A stretch of 51,357 bases of DNA from Candidatus Binatia bacterium. GTDB taxonomy: Bacteria > Desulfobacterota > Binatia > HRBIN30. Under the pieces are notes generated by a model that was given only the letters and a program-made list of their open reading frames with translations, was not told where the DNA came from and made no database searches. The translations under genes were made by a program, and so were the position numbers. Location of the stretch: NCBI GenBank assembly GCA_036382395.1, contig DASVHW010000155.1:1-51357 (forward strand), in the 5' to 3' direction. Shown here in pieces: positions 44,011 through 51,357 of the stretch. Every line of letters begins with the position of its first letter. Positions within the stretch are counted from its first letter, which is position 1.

Positions 44011-44394
44011 ATGAAGCACAGAATCCTGGTTGTCGACGATAACCCCGATAGCGTGACCATTATGCGCGGCATCCTTGAAGGCCGGGGGTATGAAGTGGCC
44101 TCCGCAGCGAGCGGTGCCGAAGCCCTCCAGTTTCTCGCCAAGGAAACCGTGGATATGGTCCTGCTCGACGTCATGATGCCCAAAATGAGCGGCATGGAGG
44201 TGCTGCAGCACATTAAGGACGATGCCACTACCGGCCGCTTGCCGGTGATCTTGGTGACCGCCAAGACCCAGGATGAAGATCTCCTCAGCGGCTACCAGTA
44301 CGGTGCCGATTACTACATCACGAAACCTTTCACCGCTAAGCAACTAGTCTACGGCATCGAGCTGATCCTCGGCAAAGGGGAATCGGTTGGCTGA
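44011..44394 (+). CDS. Single-domain response regulator (CheY-like receiver)
   Basis: RILVVDDNPDSVTIM...DMVLLDVMMPKMSGME...PVILVTAK...DYYITKP. Confidence 0.85.
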   Translation: MKHRILVVDDNPDSVTIMRGILEGRGYEVASAASGAEALQFLAKETVDMVLLDVMMPKMSGMEVLQHIKDDATTGRLPVILVTAKTQDEDLLSGYQYGADYYITKPFTAKQLVYGIELILGKGESVG

Positions 44395-45010
44395 ACGTGG
44401 GTGCCTGATCGCCTTCGAAGGCATCGAGGGCGCGGGCAAATCCACGCAGATCCGCCGTGTGGCGGCGGTGTTGAGCGCGCGTAGTGTCGCCGTGGTGGAA
44501 ACGCGTGAACCCGGCGGCACTGCCGTTGGTACGGAGGTGCGCCGGATCCTCATGCAGTTGTCCGAGACGCCCCCGACTCCGTTGGCCGAACTGTTGCTGT
44601 ATCTTGCCGATCGCGCCCAACACGTTGCCCAGGTCATCGCTCCTGCGATCGCCAGCGGCCAGGTGGTGCTGACGGATCGCTTCTCTGCTTCGACCATCGC
44701 CTACCAGGGATACGCGCGGCGATTGGATCTCGCGATGGTCACCCGCCTCGATGCCATCGCCCGCCAAGGTGTGGCTCCCGCCCTCACCGTGCTGCTCGAT
44801 TGCCCAGTGGAGATGGGATTGCAGCGCGCCCGCGGGGACGACCGCTTCCATCGTGAGGAGCAGGAGTTTCACGAGCGTGTTCGCGCCGGGTTCCTCTCCC
44901 TTGCCCGTGAAGACTGGGATCGCTATTGCGTCATCGATGCGACGGCTCCACCGGAGGAAATCGAGCGACAGGCCGTCGCCGCAGTGATGCAATGTCTCAA
45001 CCCCCGGTAG
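44387..45010 (+). CDS. tmk: Thymidylate kinase
   Basis: LIAFEGIEGAGKSTQ...LTDRFSASTIAYQG. TTG start overlapping the upstream receiver gene by 8 nt. Confidence 0.9.
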   Translation: MAERGCLIAFEGIEGAGKSTQIRRVAAVLSARSVAVVETREPGGTAVGTEVRRILMQLSETPPTPLAELLLYLADRAQHVAQVIAPAIASGQVVLTDRFSASTIAYQGYARRLDLAMVTRLDAIARQGVAPALTVLLDCPVEMGLQRARGDDRFHREEQEFHERVRAGFLSLAREDWDRYCVIDATAPPEEIERQAVAAVMQCLNPR

Positions 45011-45969
45011 GCTTCGCGGCCGTTCGCGGACACGAGCGTAGGCGCGAGTTCCTGCGCGCCGCCGTGGCACATGAACGCCTGCCGCACGCGCTCCTGTTCG
45101 TGGGACCAGAGGGGGTGGGGAAACGTTCCTTGGCGCTCGCCTTGATGACGTGGCTCCAATGTGAACACGGCGGCGACGATGCCTGCGGCCGCTGCGCCGC
45201 GTGCCGGCAGATGGCGGCCGGAAGCCACCTGGATTTTCAGCTGGTCACCGTGGCGCCCGGGAAGAAAGAGGTCGGTATCGATCGCATCCGTGAGGTCAAG
45301 CGCTTCATGCAGCTGCGGCCGGTTGGCGATAAAGCCAAGGTCGTCCTCATCGACGATGCCCACCTGCTGACCGTTGCGGCGCAGAACGCACTCCTGAAGG
45401 TCCTGGAAGAGCCACCCGCGCGCTCGTTTCTCGTGCTCGTATCGAACAACCCTGACGCGCTTCTGGCCACCGTCCGCTCACGCTGCCAGCGCATCCACTT
45501 TGGTCCCTTGCCCATCGATACGGTTGTGGACATCCTGACTGCGGGTTCAGATATGGACGTGGCCACGGCACGTGAACTGGCCGTGCTGGCGGAGGGCAGT
45601 CCTGGGCGTGCCCTGACCCTGAGAAAGTGCCTCGCCGGTGAGAGCCGGGAGCAATGGCGGCAGCGGCTTGCCGGCCTCGACCAGGCCCGTTATGTTCGGC
45701 TGGCGCAAACGGCAACTGAACTGAACTCGCCCGAGAGCCAGGTGGCAGCGAAACTCGAAATGCTCTTGTCCCAGCTCCGCGATGACGCGGTACGTTCTCT
45801 TCGTGCCGAGGAGACTGCACCCGACCCTTCGGCCGCAACGGCGACGAGTCTGCGGACGATTCTGCAGCGTGCGGATGCGGCGGAGGCTGCCTGGAACCTC
45901 ATCCGTCGCGGCAACCCCAACCGACAGCTTTTGCTCGAAGCGTTGCTGTTACGCCTGGCAGCTTCCTGA
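44992..45969 (+). CDS. holB: DNA polymerase III subunit delta'
   Basis: LPHALLFVGPEGVGKRSLALAL...CGRCAACRQMAAGSHLDF...VLIDDAHLLTVAAQNALLKVLEEPP. ATG at 44992 inside track ORF 44926..45969. Confidence 0.85.
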   Translation: MSQPPVGFAAVRGHERRREFLRAAVAHERLPHALLFVGPEGVGKRSLALALMTWLQCEHGGDDACGRCAACRQMAAGSHLDFQLVTVAPGKKEVGIDRIREVKRFMQLRPVGDKAKVVLIDDAHLLTVAAQNALLKVLEEPPARSFLVLVSNNPDALLATVRSRCQRIHFGPLPIDTVVDILTAGSDMDVATARELAVLAEGSPGRALTLRKCLAGESREQWRQRLAGLDQARYVRLAQTATELNSPESQVAAKLEMLLSQLRDDAVRSLRAEETAPDPSAATATSLRTILQRADAAEAAWNLIRRGNPNRQLLLEALLLRLAAS

Positions 45970-45992
45970 TGGGCTCAGCCGCAGACCGTTTG

Positions 45993-46016
45993 CGGTTCGA
46001 AGGTTCGTTCGAACCG
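45993..46016 (+). terminator. Hairpin between holB and metG (9-bp perfect stem), no U-tract
   Basis: cggttcgaa-ggttcg-ttcgaaccg. Confidence 0.35.
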
Positions 46017-46051
46017 AGGGCGCAGTAGCACACTGCGAGGAGTGACTTGCC

Positions 46052-47593
46052 GTGGATCGATTCTACGTCACCACGCCGATCTATTACATCAACGCCGAGC
46101 CGCATCTCGGTCACACGTACACCACCGTCATCGCTGACACCTTGGCGCGGTTTCATCGCGCCCGTGGGCACCGAACGTTCTTTACCACCGGGACGGATGA
46201 GCATGGCGACAAGATTGCGGCGGCGGCGACCGCGGCAGGTGAGGCGCCGCGAGCCTATGCCGATCGCCTCAGCCGGCTCTTCCGCGACACCTGGGACACG
46301 TGTGGTTTTCGGTATGATCATTTCGTCCGGACCACGGACGAGTGCCATGTGCGCACGGTGCAGGAGTTCCTGAGCCGCGTCCACGCCCAAGGCGACATCT
46401 ACTTCAGCCGCTACGGTGGGCTGTACTGCACCGGTTGCGAGCGCTTCTACACCGAAAAGGAGCTGGTCGACGGCAAGTGCCCCGATCACCTGACGCCGCC
46501 GACCTTCATCGAGGAAGAGAATTACTTCTTCCGCATGACCAAGTATCAGGCTCAGTGGATTGCGCACCTCGAAAAACACCCCGACACCATCGTTCCGGAG
46601 CACTATCGCAATGAGGTGTTGGCCATGCTGCGTAGCGGGGCCTTACCCGACCTGTGCATCTCGCGCCCGAAGCACCGGCTGCAGTGGGGTATCGAGCTGC
46701 CATTCGATCGCAACTACGTCGCCTACGTCTGGTGGGATGCGCTGATCAATTACGTCAGCGCGCTGCGGGCGCATGGAGAAGAGACCTTCGAAGCCATGTG
46801 GCCGGTGGCCCATCACGTGATGGCAAAGGACATCCTGAAACAGCACGGCATCTTTTGGCCGACTATGCTGATGGCGATGGGGTTGCCGTTGTTCAAGCGC
46901 TTGCTGGTCCACGGCTACTGGGTTCGTGGCGAGAGCAAGATGTCCAAGAGCCTGGGCAACGTCATCCGGCCGCTGGACATGAAGGCGCGCTACGGGATGG
47001 ATGCGTTGCGCTACTTCCTGTTGCGCGAGATGGCTTTTGGGCAGGACGCCGTGTTCAGCGAAGACGCCTTCATCACCCGCGTCAACGCCGATCTGGCCAA
47101 CAATCTCGGCAATCTCGTGAGCCGTACACTCTCCATGCAACAGCGCTACTTCGACGGCGTCGTCCAAGCGCAGGGGGCGCCGACAGCGGACGACGAGGCG
47201 CTGCAAGCCGTCTTCGCGGAAGCGTACAGCGAGGTGCCCCGGTTGACGGACGAACTGGCGTTTCACCATGCCCTCGAAACGCTGTGGCGCGCCCTCGATC
47301 ACGTGAACAAGTACATCGTGGTGACGGCCCCGTTCACGCTGGCCAAGGATCCGGCGCAGCGACCACGCGTTGGGGCCATTCTGCATCAGCTTCTCGAGGC
47401 GCTGCGGGCGACGGCCTTGCTGCTCATGTGGTCGTTACCTGAAACCAGCACCCGCATCTTCGAACTCCTCGGGCTGGAACCGATCGCGGCTTTGCCGCCC
47501 GATCTTTCCTGGGGCCGGAACTTTTCTCCGGCGCATCGCACCCAGCCGGCAGTCGTCCTTTTCCCGCGCATCGAAACCGGCGCGAAGCCTTGA
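46052..47593 (+). CDS. metG: Methionine--tRNA ligase (short form)
   Basis: FYVTTPIYYINAEPHLGHTYTTVIADTLARF (HIGH region) and KMSKS (ESKMSKSLGN). GTG start. Confidence 0.9.
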   Translation: MDRFYVTTPIYYINAEPHLGHTYTTVIADTLARFHRARGHRTFFTTGTDEHGDKIAAAATAAGEAPRAYADRLSRLFRDTWDTCGFRYDHFVRTTDECHVRTVQEFLSRVHAQGDIYFSRYGGLYCTGCERFYTEKELVDGKCPDHLTPPTFIEEENYFFRMTKYQAQWIAHLEKHPDTIVPEHYRNEVLAMLRSGALPDLCISRPKHRLQWGIELPFDRNYVAYVWWDALINYVSALRAHGEETFEAMWPVAHHVMAKDILKQHGIFWPTMLMAMGLPLFKRLLVHGYWVRGESKMSKSLGNVIRPLDMKARYGMDALRYFLLREMAFGQDAVFSEDAFITRVNADLANNLGNLVSRTLSMQQRYFDGVVQAQGAPTADDEALQAVFAEAYSEVPRLTDELAFHHALETLWRALDHVNKYIVVTAPFTLAKDPAQRPRVGAILHQLLEALRATALLLMWSLPETSTRIFELLGLEPIAALPPDLSWGRNFSPAHRTQPAVVLFPRIETGAKP

Positions 47594-47594
47594 A

Positions 47595-48416
47595 ATGAGT
47601 CCAGCGGCCCTGCCCGTTGCGCTCCCCGCCGGCGCGACGCTCATCGATTCACATTGCCATCTTGATGAGGAGCGCTTCGATGCCGACCGCGATGCGGCCA
47701 TGGCGCGGGCGCTGGCCGCGGGCGTCACCCGTATGGTGACCATCGGTGCCAGCGGTGGAATGCAGGCGAATCACGATGCGCTCGCCCTGGCCGCGCGGCA
47801 TACGGCCATTTTTGCGACCGTTGGCGTACATCCGCACGAAGCCCGCACGGTGTCGGCGGCGGTCCTCGACGAGATCACCCGCCTGGCCAGTGCTCCAAAA
47901 GTAGTTGCCATCGGCGAGACGGGGCTCGATTACCACTACGACAATTCGCCACGGCCCGTGCAGCGCGAGGCCTTCCGGCAGTTCATTCGGCTGGCACGAC
48001 AGTTGACGCTGCCGCTGGTGGTTCACCTGCGCGATGCCTACGAGGATGCGCTGACGATCCTGCGCCAAGAGAAGGCGGCAGATATCGGCGGCGTCATTCA
48101 TTGTTTCAGCGGCGACCGCAGCACGGCACGGAGCTTTCTGGACCTGGGATTCGATATCTCCTTCAGCGGCATCGTGACCTTCAAGAACGCCGAAGAACTC
48201 CGCGCCGTGGCCCGGATGGTGCCCGCCGATCGCTTCCTGGTCGAGACCGATGCGCCGTTCCTGGCCCCGGTGCCATACCGTGGCAAACGCAACGAGCCGG
48301 CCTACGTGATCTACGCCGCCGCGGCCATCGCCGAGATCCGCCAACAGCCACTGGAAGACATCGCCACGCTGACGCGCGCCAACACCGAGCGCTGCTTCCG
48401 CCTGCCGCAGTCCTGA
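47595..48416 (+). CDS. tatD: TatD-family metal-dependent hydrolase
   Basis: LIDSHCHLDEERF...IGETGLDYHY...VVHLRDA...VIHCFSG...LVETDAPFLAP. ATG 1 nt after the metG stop. Confidence 0.85.
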   Translation: MSPAALPVALPAGATLIDSHCHLDEERFDADRDAAMARALAAGVTRMVTIGASGGMQANHDALALAARHTAIFATVGVHPHEARTVSAAVLDEITRLASAPKVVAIGETGLDYHYDNSPRPVQREAFRQFIRLARQLTLPLVVHLRDAYEDALTILRQEKAADIGGVIHCFSGDRSTARSFLDLGFDISFSGIVTFKNAEELRAVARMVPADRFLVETDAPFLAPVPYRGKRNEPAYVIYAAAAIAEIRQQPLEDIATLTRANTERCFRLPQS

Positions 48417-48645
48417 GCGTAGTGCCGCCGTTCGCAATCGCGGCGGCGTAGCCGGCGATGGTGGCGTCCGCGAGCGCGGCGATCAGCCCGTCTGTACAGA
48501 CCTGAAGAGTTCTGTCTATAGCGCGACGATCGAATTCATATCCTACCTCGCTTTTCTCGTGCCACGGTTGGAGTATGCTGGCGGTGGTTTCCCGATGTTG
48601 ACTGCGGTGCCCCCGTGGTCGGCTTAACCAAGAAGGAGGGTACAA

Positions 48646-48921
48646 ATGGTGCAGCGTTCGATGAAGCGTGGAATACAGGTCGCCGTATTCACGGGCGTCT
48701 TTGTGGCCGGCTTTCTGTGCGGGTCGATGACCCAGCAGCGGGCCGATGCGCAGCTTGGCGAGCTGGGTAAGGAAGCCGTGAAGCAGGCGGGTGAATCCGG
48801 TGGGGCGTTGGGCTCGGTTGTCAAGTTGGGGGAGTCCATCGTCGACATGCAGCAGCACGTGGACGGACTGCAGAAGAACATCGAAGTCTTGAAGAAGGTC
48901 AAAGCGGGCCTGGGCGGCTGA
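48646..48921 (+). CDS. Small secreted/membrane-anchored protein of unknown function (91 aa)
   Basis: Strong RBS aaggaggg 5 nt upstream. Signal/TM segment [18 protein letters not shown], then a helical K/E/G-rich region. Confidence 0.5.
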   Translation: MVQRSMKRGIQVAVFTGVFVAGFLCGSMTQQRADAQLGELGKEAVKQAGESGGALGSVVKLGESIVDMQQHVDGLQKNIEVLKKVKAGLGG

Positions 48922-49030
48922 ACGCCTCTCGGCCTGCGTCCACGGAAAATGTTGTCCGGCTGGCCGGAGGGGCACCGCGTGTGCCCATCCGGCTCAGTCG
49001 CACTTCAATGTGCGCAAGGGGGGTACGACA

Positions 49031-49468
49031 ATGCTGAAAGAGTTCAAAGAATTCGCCATGCGCGGCAACGTGCTGGACATGGCGGTGGGCATCATCATCG
49101 GCGCCGCATTCGGTAAGATCATCACCTCGTTCGTCAGCGACATCTTGATGCCTCCACTTGGACTGCTGCTTGGCAAAGTGGACTTCTCGAATCTGTTCAT
49201 CGACCTGTCCGGACAGTCGCACCCCTCTTTGCAGGCGGCCAAGGCTGCCGGCGCACCGACCCTCAACTACGGCATGTTCCTCAACACCGTGCTCGACTTT
49301 GCGATCGTCGCCTTTGCGGTGTTTATGCTGATCAGGCAGGTGAACCGTTTCCTCCCGAAGCCGGCGCCGGCTCCGGCCTCGACCCGCGAGTGCCCGCATT
49401 GCTTGTCGGCGATGCCGCTGAAGGCGACGCGCTGCGCGCACTGCACCTCCGACGTGCCCCCGGCGTGA
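49031..49468 (+). CDS. mscL: Large-conductance mechanosensitive channel MscL with a C-terminal CxxC...CxxC zinc ribbon
   Basis: [45 protein letters not shown]-terminus [23 protein letters not shown]. Confidence 0.9.
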   Translation: MLKEFKEFAMRGNVLDMAVGIIIGAAFGKIITSFVSDILMPPLGLLLGKVDFSNLFIDLSGQSHPSLQAAKAAGAPTLNYGMFLNTVLDFAIVAFAVFMLIRQVNRFLPKPAPAPASTRECPHCLSAMPLKATRCAHCTSDVPPA

Positions 49469-49480
49469 GTGACCAGCATC

Positions 49481-49667
49481 ATGGGTCTGCGAATGCCCCG
49501 ACAGTGGCGGGTCGCCCTCGTGCTGGTGATCGGTGGGTGCGGCCACTGGCGCGACCGTAGGCCTGCTGCACGGTCTGTGGTCCGGCAACGAGTTAGATCC
49601 AGGGTTCGTGAACTTCGTTGAACGGCGCCTGCGCGAACGCGGATACGAGCCGATCGGCTGGCGTTGA
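49481..49667 (+). pseudogene. Possible frameshifted small single-TM protein gene
   Basis: One frame reads MGLRMPRQWRVALVLVIGG... (from ATG 49481). The +1 frame continues (G)AATGATVGLLHGLWSGNELDPGFVNFVERRLRERGYEPIGWR* (stop at 49665..49667). The span is 187 nt (3n+1). Joined, the two frames give a coherent ~62-aa TM protein. Alternatively there is a 44-aa ORF starting at GTG 49533. Confidence 0.3.
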
Positions 49668-49729
49668 ATCCGACGAGGTTCCGCCGCACGACTTGCGCAA
49701 GCTGATCCTCACTGATACTTCGCCGTCCT

Positions 49730-50575
49730 ATGCCCGGAACTATGAAACTTGGCGTGACGATGTTCGCCACCGACCAGAGCATCGGCCCGGTTGATCTGGC
49801 TCGGGCGGTCGAGACGCGCGGCTTTTACTCGCTCTACATCCCGGAGCACACGCATATTCCGACCAGCCGCCGGACACCGCCCCCGACCGGAGACAAAGAG
49901 CTGCCCGAGGAATACAAGCGCTCCTTGGATCCGTTCGTGGCTCTGGCTGCTGCCGCGGGGGTCACTTCGCGCATCAAGCTCGGCACCGGCATCTGCCTGG
50001 TGGCGCAGCGTGATCCCATCGTAACCGCCAAGGAAGTGGCGACGCTCGATCTGATTTCCAATGGCCGGTTCGTGTTCGGTATCGGGTTCGGATGGAACCA
50101 GGATGAAATGGAAAGTCACGGCGTCGACTTTCCCCGGCGGCGCGAACGGGTCCGAGAGCACGTCCTGGCGATGCAGAGACTGTGGACCAACGAGAAGGCA
50201 TCCTTTGAAGGGGAGTTCGTGCGCTTCGAGGAGAGCTGGTCGTGGCCCAAGCCGCTGCAGCAGCCCCGTCCGCCGATTCTCATTGGTGGCGCCGCCGGGC
50301 CCAAGCTATTCAAGCATATCGCCGAGTACGCCGACGGCTGGATTCCCATCGGCGGTGCCGGCGTGCGCGCAGCGCTGTCCGATTTGCAGCGGGCGATGCG
50401 TGAGGCCGGGCGCGATCCGGCTGACCTTCGGGTGGTGCCGTTCGGAACCATTCCCGATGCGGGCAAGCTGGAGTACTACCATTCACTCGGTATCACCGAG
50501 GTCGTCCTCCGCATCCCCTCGGTCCCGGCCGACACGGTACTGCGGCTGTTGGACGAATACGCCAAGCTGCTGTAG
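49730..50575 (+). CDS. Luciferase-like monooxygenase (LLM) family, F420-dependent oxidoreductase type
   Basis: MKLGVTMFATDQSIGPVDLARAVETRGFYSLYIPEHTHIP...LGTGICLVAQRDPIVTAKEVATLDLISNGRFVFGIGFGW. Confidence 0.8.
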   Translation: MPGTMKLGVTMFATDQSIGPVDLARAVETRGFYSLYIPEHTHIPTSRRTPPPTGDKELPEEYKRSLDPFVALAAAAGVTSRIKLGTGICLVAQRDPIVTAKEVATLDLISNGRFVFGIGFGWNQDEMESHGVDFPRRRERVREHVLAMQRLWTNEKASFEGEFVRFEESWSWPKPLQQPRPPILIGGAAGPKLFKHIAEYADGWIPIGGAGVRAALSDLQRAMREAGRDPADLRVVPFGTIPDAGKLEYYHSLGITEVVLRIPSVPADTVLRLLDEYAKLL

Positions 50576-50616
50576 CTGAGCATCGAAACACATCAGCGCC
50601 AGAGAGGTTGAGGCTT

Positions 50617-51357
50617 ATGGAAGTACGCGAGCGGACGATCCCGCAACTGGTACAAGGCGCCGCCGCGCGTTTTGGCGATCGCCACGCCATCGAGGACGGC
50701 GGGGTTACGCTGACCTACACTGATCTGGCGCTGGCGGGCGAGCGGGCGGCGCGCGCCTTCTGTGCCGCCCGCATCAAGCCGGGTGACCGCGTCGCGATCT
50801 GGGCCCCCAACATCTATGAGTGGATTCTCGCCGTCATTGGCCTCCAATCGGTTGGTGGTGTGCTGGTTCCCCTCAACACGCGCCTGAAGGGCGGTGAAGC
50901 CGGCTACATCCTCGCCAAGAGCGGTGCCCGCATTCTCTTCACCGTTCGCGAGTTCCTCGGCAACCGCTATGTGGAGCTGCTGCGCAGCGCGCTGGGCGGC
51001 TCCGGCGCGGGCCGGCCGATTGCGGAGCTTCCCGCTCTCGAGCGCATCGTCCTGTTGCGCGATGAACCTTCCCCTAACCCCCTCCTTGCCAAGGAGGGGG
51101 AAGGGGGAGGTCGCGGCGAGGAAGATGGTATCCCGACGTGGTCCGACTTCGTTCGGCTGGGCAGAACCGTCCCCGCCGACGAGGCGCAGCGGCGTCTGGC
51201 CGCGGTGTCGCCGGATGACCTCGCCGACATCCTGTTCACCTCGGGCACGACGGGGAAGCCGAAGGGCGTGATGACGACGCACGAACAGAACCTGCGCGCC
51301 TTCGACGCCTGGTCCGGCATCGTGGGCCTGCGTGCCGGCGACCGCTACTTGATCGTG
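50617..51357 (+). CDS. AMP-dependent synthetase/ligase (FadD-like acyl-CoA synthetase), N-terminal 247 codons, open at the right window edge
   Basis: Not in the track because it is open-ended. ATG at 50617. DRVAIWAPNIYEWILAVIGLQSVGGVLVPLNTRL and the AMP-binding motif ILFTSGTTGKPKGVMTTH. Confidence 0.85.
   Translation, partial: MEVRERTIPQLVQGAAARFGDRHAIEDGGVTLTYTDLALAGERAARAFCAARIKPGDRVAIWAPNIYEWILAVIGLQSVGGVLVPLNTRLKGGEAGYILAKSGARILFTVREFLGNRYVELLRSALGGSGAGRPIAELPALERIVLLRDEPSPNPLLAKEGEGGGRGEEDGIPTWSDFVRLGRTVPADEAQRRLAAVSPDDLADILFTSGTTGKPKGVMTTHEQNLRAFDAWSGIVGLRAGDRYLIV
51078..51100. repeat. Perfect 11-bp-arm palindrome inside the ligase CDS (REP/MITE-like insertion)
   Basis: ccccctccttg-c-caaggaggggg. 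It is translated in frame as ...PSPNPLLAKEGEGGG... Confidence 0.6.

Noticed and set aside
1-51357. Scan for tRNA, rRNA, tmRNA, CRISPR arrays, integrases, transposases or prophage genes
   Set aside because: None is recognisable. All intergenic regions over 80 bp were read on both strands and contain only hairpins and promoter-like elements. No cloverleaf-compatible sequences and no repeat-spacer periodicity were seen.

Overview
High-GC bacterial chromosomal window. I saw no rRNA, tRNA, CRISPR array, integrase or IS element. Many long alternate-frame or antisense ORFs in the track are GC artefacts. Two real genes are missing from the track because they run off the window edges (1..461 minus strand, 50617..51357 plus strand).

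Content from left to right:
(i) 1-5.86 kb, minus strand: a translationally coupled, defence-island-like cassette. It comprises an SNF2 helicase fused to a DUF3883 nuclease-like domain, an AlbA_2/Schlafen-like + HATPase_c_4 + wHTH protein, an orphan wHTH protein, and a DUF1156 DNA methyltransferase truncated at the edge.
(ii) Housekeeping genes: proB-obg-rpmA-rplU, a glutaredoxin-like gene, plsX, an App1-like HAD phosphatase and cutA.
(iii) pilU-pilT, a CPBP protease, rlpA and pmbA-tldD.
(iv) Two orphan small ORFs, a canonical sirtuin, a Cys-rich secreted protein, a hybrid GAF/PAS histidine kinase, glyQS and ppdK.
(v) A ~15.6 kb Myxococcus-style type IVa pilus supercluster, in this order: pilB, pilT2, pilC, a membrane-anchored sigma-54 activator, pilA, a PilG-position protein, an ABC ATPase, a GT-C/TPR glycosyltransferase, an ABC-2 permease, a small TPR ORF, pilD, then FimT/PilV/PilW/PilX-like minor pilins.
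(vi) Two CheY-like receivers, tmk-holB-metG-tatD, a small secreted protein, mscL with a C-terminal zinc ribbon, an F420-type LLM oxidoreductase, and a partial AMP-dependent ligase carrying an in-frame palindromic insertion.

Most interesting:
- The edge-truncated helicase-nuclease / Schlafen-like / wHTH / DUF1156-methylase cassette.
- The one-component PilS-like-TM::sigma-54 activator that replaces PilS-PilR.
- The TMTC-like GT-C glycosyltransferase embedded in the pilin-adjacent ABC module.
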